From positions 117,179-181,178 of the forward strand of contig CBDBHE010000008.1 in the NCBI GenBank assembly GCA_965205605.1: a stretch of 64,000 nucleotides of DNA, in the 5' to 3' direction. This stretch comes from Spirochaetota bacterium. Lineage in GTDB: Bacteria > Spirochaetota > UBA12135 > COTS27 > CBDBHE01. The notes under the pieces are model-generated. The model worked only from the letters and a program-made list of their open reading frames with translations. It ran no database searches and had not been told where the DNA came from. Position 1 is the stretch's first letter; the number at the start of each line of letters is the position of its first letter. This document shows, piece by piece, positions 1 to 8,853 of the stretch. The translations under genes were made by a program, and so were the position numbers.

Positions 1-208
1 GAAAATTGCCTTGTATCATTCTTATTTATAAAATTTTCAAAAAACTCATTTTTTTTACATGAAATAATTCGGAAAAAATACAATTTTGATTATTAAAAAT
101 TTATTTGTTATTATTTTCTAAAAAAAGTCGATAAGTTTTTTTGATAAACTCACAAGCTCAATATAAAATAAATTATCATATCTCCAAAAAAATACTTTTT
201 ATCAAAAA

Positions 209-1963
209 TTGCTTTTTAAAAAAAATTTATATTTTATCTTATTTGCCTTTATCCTTTTTGGAATTTTTATTATTATAAAAAATCTATTTGTAAACATTGT
301 TTACCAACAAAAATATTACAAAAAATATCAACCAATTGTCAAAGGTATTAATAATTTTTATAAAAATTATTTAAAAGATTTTAATCAAATCTCTAAAAAA
401 AAATTAGAAAAACTTAATAAGGCTCTCTATAAAAATCAAGAAAAAATATTACCCAACATCATCATTCATTATCAAGAAGACCTAAAGCCAATCAGTATTG
501 TAAGCCCAAAAATACGAAGCAAACAACTTTTGAAAATAATCGATGAAGAAATTAGAACAAAAATGAAAGAGAAACAATTTCACATTTCTTCTCAAACCAA
601 AATGCTTTTTTTTAAGACACCTACATTCAATTCTTCTCTTTCAACTTATTTGGGCTTTGTTGATAAAACTTACAAAGAAAAAATTTTTTTCATTGAAAAA
701 GCTTTTTTAATTTCATATTGTTTCTTAATTGTTTCTCTTTTTTTACTGATTACTTTTTTAAAAAGTCTTAGAGTGTATTTAGCTAAAAAAAAAATTAGCC
801 AATACAAAAAAAAAACCATCGAAGGAAAAGAAAAAAAATTTAAAATTATTATTGAAAAAGAACTCATTTCTGAAGCTTTTCACTTTAAAGAATTACTTTT
901 TAAAAATGATTTTTTAGATAAAAAGCCTTCAAAAAACAACCCTTCTAAATTAAATAAAACAGAAAATGCAACCTCTACGATAAGGCCTTTAGAAGAAATT
1001 ATTGAATATGAAAATCAATATGAAAAGCATTTTAATCAAATGAAATTGCTTAAAAAATTAAGTGATTTAAGCTTTAAAGTTTATCAAGTGGAAAATATAC
1101 TTGAAATTTACCTTAGGGTTATTATTCAACTTTTTAACCCTATTAATGAAATTAAATTTTTTTTGAAAAGTGAAAAAGAAGATTTTTTCTATCTAGCTTG
1201 CCGGTTTTTTGAAAATAAAACAAACTATTATAAAGAGCAAATATCTCAAGGAGAGCACCTTTACCCCAAAATAGGGCCTTTAGGACAAGCTATCTATCAA
1301 ATGCGAATCTTCAAAGAAGAAGGTAAAAATTTTACTCAATACTTCATTCCTTTTTTTGAAAATGAAGCGGTGCTTGGAATATTACAAATTAACTTTAAAA
1401 ATACTTCTGAAGCATTAGAAAAAGAATTACTTTTTTTAAAACATCTTTTAAGGCATCTTTCTTATAATATTCAAAATGTCAAATTAATTCAAAAAAAACA
1501 ACTTTACCCTAAGGTCAATCTTTTAAACGAGTCAAGTCTTCAAAATGAATTGAAAAAAATGATTAAAGAAAAAACAAGTCGATACTCATTTACTATTTGT
1601 TTTTTAGAAGTGCTTTCTTTTTCAAAAGAACAAAAAAAAAACTTAAGCCTTATGAATTTTTCTAACGAAAAATTTTCAGAATATCTAAGTCAATATCGAA
1701 ATATAAAAACTCACATTTATTTTCTTAATAAAGAATACTTTTCAATTCTTTTTCTAGGCTCAAAAGACAAGTGGCAACCCATTCTTTCAAAAATTGTAGA
1801 AGAAAGCGAAAGAATGACTTTTAAATTTTTAAATGAAGAAGTCAAATTAAAAATAAACATCGGTCTTTTTGAAATTAAAAAAGGAGAAAAACAAACAATC
1901 GATAAAATTTTTAAAAAAGTGATTAAAGATTTAAAAATATATCAAGCCTATTTAAATCACTAA
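209..1963 (+). CDS. Membrane protein with GAF domain and degenerate GGDEF-like C-terminal domain
   Basis: Two hydrophobic segments; GAF-like end (IPFFENEAVLGILQI); GGDEF-like layout (VNLLN..., VKLKINIGLFE) with YFLNKEYF in place of RxGGDEF. Confidence 0.55.
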   Translation: MLFKKNLYFILFAFILFGIFIIIKNLFVNIVYQQKYYKKYQPIVKGINNFYKNYLKDFNQISKKKLEKLNKALYKNQEKILPNIIIHYQEDLKPISIVSPKIRSKQLLKIIDEEIRTKMKEKQFHISSQTKMLFFKTPTFNSSLSTYLGFVDKTYKEKIFFIEKAFLISYCFLIVSLFLLITFLKSLRVYLAKKKISQYKKKTIEGKEKKFKIIIEKELISEAFHFKELLFKNDFLDKKPSKNNPSKLNKTENATSTIRPLEEIIEYENQYEKHFNQMKLLKKLSDLSFKVYQVENILEIYLRVIIQLFNPINEIKFFLKSEKEDFFYLACRFFENKTNYYKEQISQGEHLYPKIGPLGQAIYQMRIFKEEGKNFTQYFIPFFENEAVLGILQINFKNTSEALEKELLFLKHLLRHLSYNIQNVKLIQKKQLYPKVNLLNESSLQNELKKMIKEKTSRYSFTICFLEVLSFSKEQKKNLSLMNFSNEKFSEYLSQYRNIKTHIYFLNKEYFSILFLGSKDKWQPILSKIVEESERMTFKFLNEEVKLKINIGLFEIKKGEKQTIDKIFKKVIKDLKIYQAYLNH

Positions 1964-1973
1964 ATAAAGCCAT

Positions 1974-3056
1974 TCATTTAAAAATACTAGAAGCGATCTC
2001 ATTAACTAAAAAATCAAGAGGATTTTTGGTTTGTTTATTTGCTTGTTTACTTGTTTGTTTTTGTTTTAAAATTTGCTTTATTTCTTTTAAAAAATCAATT
2101 GTTTTTAAAGAATCTTCCAAAATAATTTTAGCAGGGATGTGGTTTAAAGCTTCTTTTGCATTAAGATACTGCTCATTCTTTTGAGCGATTTTAAGGGGAA
2201 TGAAAAAAACTTTTTTTTGACACCAAATGAGTTCAGAGACCATTCCAGCTCCAGAACGAGAAATCACTAAAGAAGCGATTTTAATTAACAAAGGAAACAT
2301 GAAAGTATAAGCAAAAGGAAAATAAGTTTGATTTTTTTTAACCCTACACTGATCTAAATAATTTTTACCTACTTGATGCAAAACAATGTAATTTGAACAT
2401 AATTTTTTTAAATGAAAATCGACAAGTTGGTTGATTAAAACAGAGCCATTGCCCCCACCACAAAAAAGCAAAATAGGTTTGGTGAGAGATTTTAAATCAA
2501 GCCCTTCAAAAAAAAGTGACTTGGGGAGAGGTTTCAAAAAATCATTTCTAATAGGATAACCCGAAAAAACAATTTTTTTAGGGGGAAAATTTTTCCTAGA
2601 AGCTTCAAAAGAAATAAAGATTTTTTTAACAAAAAAAGAAGCAATACGATTAGCTAATCCACCATAGGTTGTTTGCTCATGAAGATAAACTTGATAACCC
2701 AAAAGAGAGCTCATGATCACAACGGGCAAACTAACAAAACCTCCTGTAGAAAACACAAGGCCTTTTTTTCTAAAAAATCTAATGAAAATAAAAAAACATT
2801 GAAAGCATCCTAAAAGAAAAAAGAAAAATTCTGAAAAATGACTAAATGTAAATGTTCTTCGATACTTGCCTGTAAAAATAGCGTAATAAAAAACATGGGC
2901 TTCTTTAACTAATTTCTTTTCAATTCCTTTGCGACTACCGATATAACAAACAGAACAAGAAGGATGTTTTTTCTTTAAAGCTTCAATAATCGCTAAAGCT
3001 AAAACAGTGTGTCCAGCACTACCTCCACCTGTAAAAAAGATTTTTTTCTTGCTCAT
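1974..3056 (-). CDS. murG: MurG-like glycosyltransferase (GT28)
   Basis: FTGGGSAGH, STGGFVSLP, HEQ, GYPIR, GGGNGS, SRSGA, EQYLNA motifs; start moved to ATG 3056 because the longer ORF runs through a tRNA. Confidence 0.9.
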   Translation of the reverse strand: MSKKKIFFTGGGSAGHTVLALAIIEALKKKHPSCSVCYIGSRKGIEKKLVKEAHVFYYAIFTGKYRRTFTFSHFSEFFFFLLGCFQCFFIFIRFFRKKGLVFSTGGFVSLPVVIMSSLLGYQVYLHEQTTYGGLANRIASFFVKKIFISFEASRKNFPPKKIVFSGYPIRNDFLKPLPKSLFFEGLDLKSLTKPILLFCGGGNGSVLINQLVDFHLKKLCSNYIVLHQVGKNYLDQCRVKKNQTYFPFAYTFMFPLLIKIASLVISRSGAGMVSELIWCQKKVFFIPLKIAQKNEQYLNAKEALNHIPAKIILEDSLKTIDFLKEIKQILKQKQTSKQANKQTKNPLDFLVNEIASSIFK

Positions 3057-3079
3057 AAGAATAGTTTTTGATAAAAACT

Positions 3080-3151
3080 TGGGTATAGCTGGGATCGAAC
3101 CAGCGACTTCTACGATGTCAACGTAGCGCTCTCCCACTGAGCTATACACCC
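3080..3151 (-). tRNA. tRNA-Val (GAC), CCA not encoded
   Basis: Minus strand GGGTGTATAGCTCAGTGGGAGAGCGCTACGTTGACATCGTAGAAGTCGCTGGTTCGATCCCAGCTATACCCA folds as a cloverleaf; anticodon arm CTACG-TTGACAT-CGTAG; T-loop GTTCGATCC. Confidence 0.97.
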
Positions 3152-3290
3152 TTGTGTAACTTATAAGAAGTGATTTTAACATGACTATATTTAAACCTTC
3201 TATACAAATCAAAAGTTGTTTTAAATACTAGCGATATATATTTTTCTACTAAATTAAAACCAATCTTCTTTAGATAAAAAATGATTTTTT

Positions 3291-4260
3291 TTAAGGTTTT
3301 TCAATTTCTTCTTCTACTTTTGATTTGGCTTTCTCAAGTAAAGCGATACTTTCTTTTCTAAGCTGATAATTTAATTTGACTTTCTCGGCAATTTGGGTTT
3401 GAATCTTTTTACCCATAAGTGGGATTTTGATTTTTTCAAAATCAGAAGGTTTTAAATGTGGAATAAGCCCTCCACCAGAAAATTTTTCTATTTGTAGTTT
3501 ACAAATAATAGAGTTGAAACATAATGATGAAAATTCTTTTTCAAAATCTTTATATTTTTTTTTAAAATCACATTTTAAAAATGCTCCGCTTATAATTCCT
3601 TTTTGGTCTTCTTTTACAACATAGCTAATTCCTAAAGTTCCGTCTTTTGAAAATAAAATCTCACCTATTTTTGGTTGATATTTCTCCTTTATTTCTTCAA
3701 ATTTTTTCTTTGAAATCTTTTTTTCAACTTTACTAAAACCAAAAATTGAAAAATCTGAAACCTTTAAAAATTCTTTTCCTTCATTCTGATACTCATCACT
3801 ACCTACTTTTATTCTTTTTTTCCAGTTTACAATATTACCGACAACATCAAACCCGCCTTTATAACTTTCAATTTTCTTAATAATCTCATCATATTTCGGC
3901 TGAAAATACTCCGCATCAAACCTTGTCGCTTTATCCACTGCTTGCTTTGTGGTTTCAAAACAAAGCGTGTGTTTTGGTTGGTAATCGACTAAATCAAGTT
4001 CTTTTAAAAGCAGTTGCTGGGCTTCTTTGTAAAGCACTTTAGACTTGATTTGTTTTTCGTGAGCTTCTCTCACGAGTTTTTCAATAGAAACTTGAAAAGA
4101 TTTTGGAAGAATTGAAATTTTAAGTTTTTCTAATACTTCTTGTGTGATACTAAAATTTGAAACCCCATAGATATTTCTTTCAATTTGATTATAGCCTAAC
4201 TTACTTCTTAAAAATATAGACAAATAGAAATGGTTAAAAGAATTTTCTTTTTTTCTTAAA
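3291..4260 (-). pseudogene. 5'-truncated restriction-modification specificity (HsdS-like) subunit
   Basis: RFDAEYFQPKY, GEILFSKDGTLG, IPHLKPSDFEKIKIP motifs; begins in the tail of a first TRD with an in-frame TGA at 4287-4289 and no proper start. Confidence 0.75.
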
Positions 4261-5139
4261 AGCCGTAAGCCTGAGGCAGAAAAATTTCAAAGATGGGTAA
4301 CAAAAGAAGTGTTGCCTTCTATTCGAAAAACAGGCGAATATAAAATTAAAGGTATTGGCTCTAGTGCCACTGAAGATGATAAAAGACTATTTTTACGCAA
4401 GCAACTTAAAGAACACAATAAACACTTAACTAGTGAAGCAAAAAAAGCTGGAGTAGGAAATACTGACAATAAAAAACAAAATAGTATTGAATATGCTATT
4501 TTCCAAAATGAAGGATACAAAGGGCTTTATGATGGTTTAACAAAACGTCAAATAGCAGTTAAAAAAGGATTAAAACCTGAAAATGATATATTAGACCATA
4601 TGAGAAGTACAGAGTTAGCTGCCAATTTTTTTAGAGTAACGCAAACAGAAGAAAAATTAAAGCGAGAAAAAATTAAAACCAAAGAAAAAGCAAATGAAGT
4701 GCATTATTTAGTGGGTAGGAAAGTGCGTGAAACTATGTTATCTATCAGTGGTATCGCTCCTGAGGATTTGCCTTTTGTGGAAAATATTAAGAAAATTGAA
4801 AAAAAAGGAACCACTATTAGTAAATTAAAGTTTAAAGATTTTAGCCAAGATTTATGGAAAATTTGTGCCTTTATTATTTACCAAGAAGGAAAAAGTAATG
4901 AAATAACCACAAGAACTTTGATAGAAAAATTGCCTTCCTATATCAAGATTGAAGATAAATATAAAGAAATAGCAAAGGTTAGACAAGAACCAAAATATAT
5001 GATTATGGTTAGAAATATAAAATCCAATAAAAACAACAAGCCTAATCCTATTCGACAAGGCTATTTAGAAGATATAAAGGAAGGCTTTAGATTAACACAA
5101 AAAGGAATTGATTATCTTAAGAGTGGCTTTAAGGATTAA
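4255..5139 (+). pseudogene. 5'-truncated Bro-N / DinD-like / winged-helix fusion protein
   Basis: Frame upstream of the called ORF reads LKSRKPEAEKFQRWVTKEVLPSIRKTGEY (end of Bro-N); DinD-like YAIFQNEGYKGLY...ILDHMRSTELAANFFRVTQTEEKL; C-terminal GFRLTQKG wing; in-frame TAG at 4225-4227. Confidence 0.75.
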
Positions 5140-5226
5140 TGCTATATTAATAAATAAATTTTTTACTGTAAATTTGTATATAGTTACTTAAAAAATCGAT
5201 AAAATTAATTTTTTTAGTAGTAAAAG

Positions 5227-5952
5227 TTACTGATTAAGTTGAATAAAACAAACAAGTCTTTTGGAGGTTTTATTTCTTCTATAAGAATAAAACCATTCTT
5301 CTTCTCCAAAAGTACAACGATTAAGAACATCTATATTTTTATCACAGACTCCCAAATGATTTAAAAGAGACACAGTTAATTTTTTTAAATCAAACAAATA
5401 CCCCTTTGCTTTCTGTTTAAAAAAAAGGGTTTCGTTTAATTTTTTTTCTTTTATTAAAGGCAAAAAAATTTCTAAAAGGTCTTCTTTCACCTCGTAATGT
5501 TCTCCGCAAATACCCGAGCCAACAGCAACATGTAAATCTTCAGAAGAACTTTGATAATTTATTTTTAATAAATGAATCGCTTTTTCGATAATCCCTTTAC
5601 TAATAGGTTTCCAACCTCCGTGTAAAGCACCAATTACCTTTTTTTTAGAATCATGAATCAAAATAGGTAAACAGTCTGCTGTGCGAATACATAAACATTG
5701 CCCCCTTAAGTCAGTTATAACCCCATCAAAATTTCCATAATTTTCTCCTTTGGATTGAGTTTTTTTTTTTAAAACTAAAACATCTGCTTGATGAACTTGG
5801 TTTAAAAAAATAAATTTTTTTGAAGATTCTGAATTAACAAAAGTAATTTCTTTTGAAAAATCAGTGATGTTTTTTGTAGAAAATCCATGCCGAATTCCTT
5901 GAAAATCACTTAGTTGTTTTGAATAAAACCATTTAGTTTTTTTATTTTTCAT
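5227..5952 (-). CDS. pgeF: Peptidoglycan editing factor PgeF (YfiH family)
   Basis: HGFSTK, NQVH, TADCLPI, HGGW, YSYRR motifs. Confidence 0.9.
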   Translation of the reverse strand: MKNKKTKWFYSKQLSDFQGIRHGFSTKNITDFSKEITFVNSESSKKFIFLNQVHQADVLVLKKKTQSKGENYGNFDGVITDLRGQCLCIRTADCLPILIHDSKKKVIGALHGGWKPISKGIIEKAIHLLKINYQSSSEDLHVAVGSGICGEHYEVKEDLLEIFLPLIKEKKLNETLFFKQKAKGYLFDLKKLTVSLLNHLGVCDKNIDVLNRCTFGEEEWFYSYRRNKTSKRLVCFIQLNQ

Positions 5953-6850
5953 CCATCGCTCCGATTAAAGATTGAGTGGTTGTTTGATTTTTTTTTAAGT
6001 AACGCTGGTATTGTTTTAATATTTTAAAAGAAGCCCTAGGATCAATTAAATTAGCGGTCCCAACCCCTACTAAAGTAGCTCCTGCAAGAAGGTATTCTAC
6101 AACATCCTCTCCTTGATGCACTCCCCCAATAGCTAAAATAGGAAGTGAACATACTTTAGAAACTTGATAGACCATTCTAAGGATCATCGGCTTGAGTCCT
6201 ACTCCAGAGTATCCCCCTATGATTTTTTGAATCATCGGTTTACGATTATCTGTATCGATTTTCATACCAAGAAAAGTATTGGCTATAGAAAGACCATTAG
6301 CACCTGCTTCTTCACAAACAAGCGCCATTTCTTCTATAGAAGTAACAAGAGGTGAAAGCTTCACAATAATGGGTTTTTTTGAAATTTTAACACATTCATT
6401 AGTCACTTCTTTAAGTGCTTTTTTATCGAAAGCAAAACTTTTTCCTTTTTGATCAATATTAGGGCAACTAACGTTAAGTTCGATGAGGTCGATCGCTTTT
6501 AATTTAGAAAGAGCAAGCGTTAATTTTATATATTCTTCAGTACTTTGACCTGCTATATTAATAATCTTTCTTGTTTTAATGGGCTGAAGATAAGGGTAAA
6601 TATGACGAATAAAATAATCCAAACCTTCATTTTGCAACCCTATTGAATTAATAAATCCAACTTCTGTTTCACAAACTCTAGGAGAAGGATTTCCTTCTTT
6701 TGGCTTTAATGTTAGGGTTTTAATGGTAAACCCACCTAATGAATTAAGAGAAGAAGCCGAGCTAAAGTCATATCCATAACCAAAAGTCCCAGAAGTAGTC
6801 ACAATAGGGTTTTGAAAGAAAAGCTTAGAAAAAAAAATACTTTCAGTCAT
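5942..6850 (-). CDS. pyrD: Dihydroorotate dehydrogenase, family 1B catalytic subunit
   Basis: SGTFGYG, GNPSPR, NSIGLQNEG, ELNVSCPN, VKLSP, GGYSG. Confidence 0.93.
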   Translation of the reverse strand: MTESIFFSKLFFQNPIVTTSGTFGYGYDFSSASSLNSLGGFTIKTLTLKPKEGNPSPRVCETEVGFINSIGLQNEGLDYFIRHIYPYLQPIKTRKIINIAGQSTEEYIKLTLALSKLKAIDLIELNVSCPNIDQKGKSFAFDKKALKEVTNECVKISKKPIIVKLSPLVTSIEEMALVCEEAGANGLSIANTFLGMKIDTDNRKPMIQKIIGGYSGVGLKPMILRMVYQVSKVCSLPILAIGGVHQGEDVVEYLLAGATLVGVGTANLIDPRASFKILKQYQRYLKKNQTTTQSLIGAMDEK

Positions 6851-6955
6851 CTATTTAAAGATATCGTTAAACAAGAAAATGAATTGATAAGAACACATAA
6901 GTATACTATACTAAATTGCCTTTTTTTTTTAAACTTTATTTTTAAATAAACTAAA

Positions 6956-7408
6956 TTGACTATTAATGATTATGTTAAATCTGCCTCGATTATCCTTAAT
7001 TTAAAAAAAAATACTAAAAAAGAAGTTATTGAGGAATTGGTTGAGTTTGCCATTATTGAAAAAAAAATTAAAAAAGAGATTAAAAATGATCTTTTAAAAA
7101 AAATTTTCAATCGAGAAGAAAAAGGAAGTACCGGATTACAAAATGGGATTGCTATTCCTCATGCAAAAACAGATTTAGTTAATGAATTCATTTTTGTTTT
7201 TGGATTTCATAAAAAAGGAGTTGCTTTTGATTCAATTGATAACAAGCCTGTCAATTTTTTAATTTTAACGATTTCCCCTGTTAGTGAATCAAGCAAACAT
7301 TTAGAATTTCTATCTTATATTTGCCATAAATTAAAAGACTCTCAATTTCAAAAAAAAATTTTAAATCAGCAAAATGCAAAAGAAATCAAATCATTTCTTA
7401 TAAACTAA
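6956..7408 (+). CDS. PTS EIIA (Ntr/fructose type)
   Basis: REEKGSTGLQNGIAIPHAK phospho-His motif. Confidence 0.88.
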   Translation: MTINDYVKSASIILNLKKNTKKEVIEELVEFAIIEKKIKKEIKNDLLKKIFNREEKGSTGLQNGIAIPHAKTDLVNEFIFVFGFHKKGVAFDSIDNKPVNFLILTISPVSESSKHLEFLSYICHKLKDSQFQKKILNQQNAKEIKSFLIN

Positions 7409-7416
7409 AAAAAACA

Positions 7417-7884
7417 ATGAAAAAAATAATTATTGCAAATGATCACGGTGGAATTAGTGTTAAAGAAAAGATTAAAAAGCACTTAAAAGGAAAACAATTT
7501 GATGTTTTAGACCTAGGCACCAATGAAGAAAAGTCTGTTGATTATGTTGATTATGCTAAGAAAGCTTGTTATGAGTTTTTAAACCATCGATATGAATTTG
7601 GAGTTTTGATTTGTGGGACAGGGATTGGGGTTTCTATTGCAGCCAATAAAATAAACGGTATTCGTTGTGCTTTGATTTATGATCACTTTACAGCTAAAAT
7701 GGCCAAAAAACACAACAAAGCAAACTTTATTGCTTTAGGAGGAAGGGTCCAATACTCCACATCAATTACTAGTATTATAGATCAATATATTGAAGAAAAC
7801 TTTGAAAAAGCACAACGACATCAAAATCGTCTAAAAAAATTAACTCTTTTAGAAAAAGAAAATTATAAAAGGAGACTGAATTGA
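7417..7884 (+). CDS. rpiB: Ribose-5-phosphate isomerase B
   Basis: NDHGG, ICGTGIG, AANKINGIR, HNKAN motifs. Confidence 0.93.
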   Translation: MKKIIIANDHGGISVKEKIKKHLKGKQFDVLDLGTNEEKSVDYVDYAKKACYEFLNHRYEFGVLICGTGIGVSIAANKINGIRCALIYDHFTAKMAKKHNKANFIALGGRVQYSTSITSIIDQYIEENFEKAQRHQNRLKKLTLLEKENYKRRLN

Positions 7885-8354
7885 TGGAAATAAAAGAAAT
7901 AGAAGGGGAGGTTTTAGCAAAGTATTATTCTTTCTGTATTATTGTTAGTCGATTTAATGAATCTATCACAAAAAAGTTAAAAGAAAGTGCTATTAAATGT
8001 TTGATTAAACATGGAGCTAGAGAGAGAAAGATCAAAATTATTCATGTTCCTGGGGCTTTAGAAATTCCTTTAGTGGCTCAAAAAGTAGCCACTAAAAAAA
8101 AATATAATGCTATTATTTGTTTAGGTTGTGTGATAAAAGGAGAAACGGCTCATTTTGATCAAGTCGCTTTTGGATCGACTCACGGTCTTTTACAAGCCTC
8201 TCTTAAAACTGCTTGCCCGATCACTTTTGGTATTTTAACCACAAATACCGCTGAACAAGCAATGAGAAGATGTGGGATCAAAAAAGGACCTAATAAAGGA
8301 TGGGAAGCAGCTCTTAATGCTATAGAAATGGCGTCTTTACATTCAAAATTATAG
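7884..8354 (+). CDS. ribH: 6,7-dimethyl-8-ribityllumazine synthase
   Basis: SRFN, VPGALEIP, LGCVIKGETAHFD, NKGWEAA. Confidence 0.95.
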   Translation: MEIKEIEGEVLAKYYSFCIIVSRFNESITKKLKESAIKCLIKHGARERKIKIIHVPGALEIPLVAQKVATKKKYNAIICLGCVIKGETAHFDQVAFGSTHGLLQASLKTACPITFGILTTNTAEQAMRRCGIKKGPNKGWEAALNAIEMASLHSKL

Positions 8355-8367
8355 TAAAGCTTAATTG

Positions 8368-8853
8368 ATGATAAAAAAAAAATTTGATTCTGAAGCTAGG
8401 TTAAAAAAAGTTTCTATTGAAAAAGCAATTGTTAATGAAAAAAATTTAACTCCTAGACGAAAAGCAAGAATTTTAGCCGTGCAAGCTCTTTATGCTATTG
8501 AGTGTCAACAAACAAACAACATCAAACAAATTACTGAATTTGATTGGAACGAAACAAAAAATAAAAAAACATATCGGTTTGCAAAACAATTAGTCGAAGG
8601 AGCTACCAAGCATCAAAAACAAATTGATGAAATCATTATTTCTCTTTTAATTGATTGGACTTTTGACCGAGTTGCTTGGGTCAACAAGGCGATTTTAAGA
8701 TTATCGATTTACTGCCTCTTTTGGGAAAAAGAAATCCCAGTAAGAGTAGTCATTAACGAGGCCGTTGATCTTTCTAAATGGTTTAGTGAAGAAGATGATT
8801 ATAAATTTATTAATGCAGTTTTAAATAAAGTTGGCATCAAAGAAAAAAAATAA
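8368..8853 (+). CDS. nusB: Transcription antitermination factor NusB
   Basis: RRKARILAVQALY, INEAVDLSK, FINAVL; follows ribH. Confidence 0.93.
   Translation: MIKKKFDSEARLKKVSIEKAIVNEKNLTPRRKARILAVQALYAIECQQTNNIKQITEFDWNETKNKKTYRFAKQLVEGATKHQKQIDEIIISLLIDWTFDRVAWVNKAILRLSIYCLFWEKEIPVRVVINEAVDLSKWFSEEDDYKFINAVLNKVGIKEKK

Noticed and set aside
3057-3212. 52-aa N-terminal extension of MurG
   Set aside because: It is a translation of the tRNA-Val gene; MurG homology begins at MSKKKIFFTGGG.
3080-5226. Integrative element with att repeats at tRNA-Val
   Set aside because: The cargo lies on the 5' side of the tRNA; I saw no duplicated tRNA end and no integrase.
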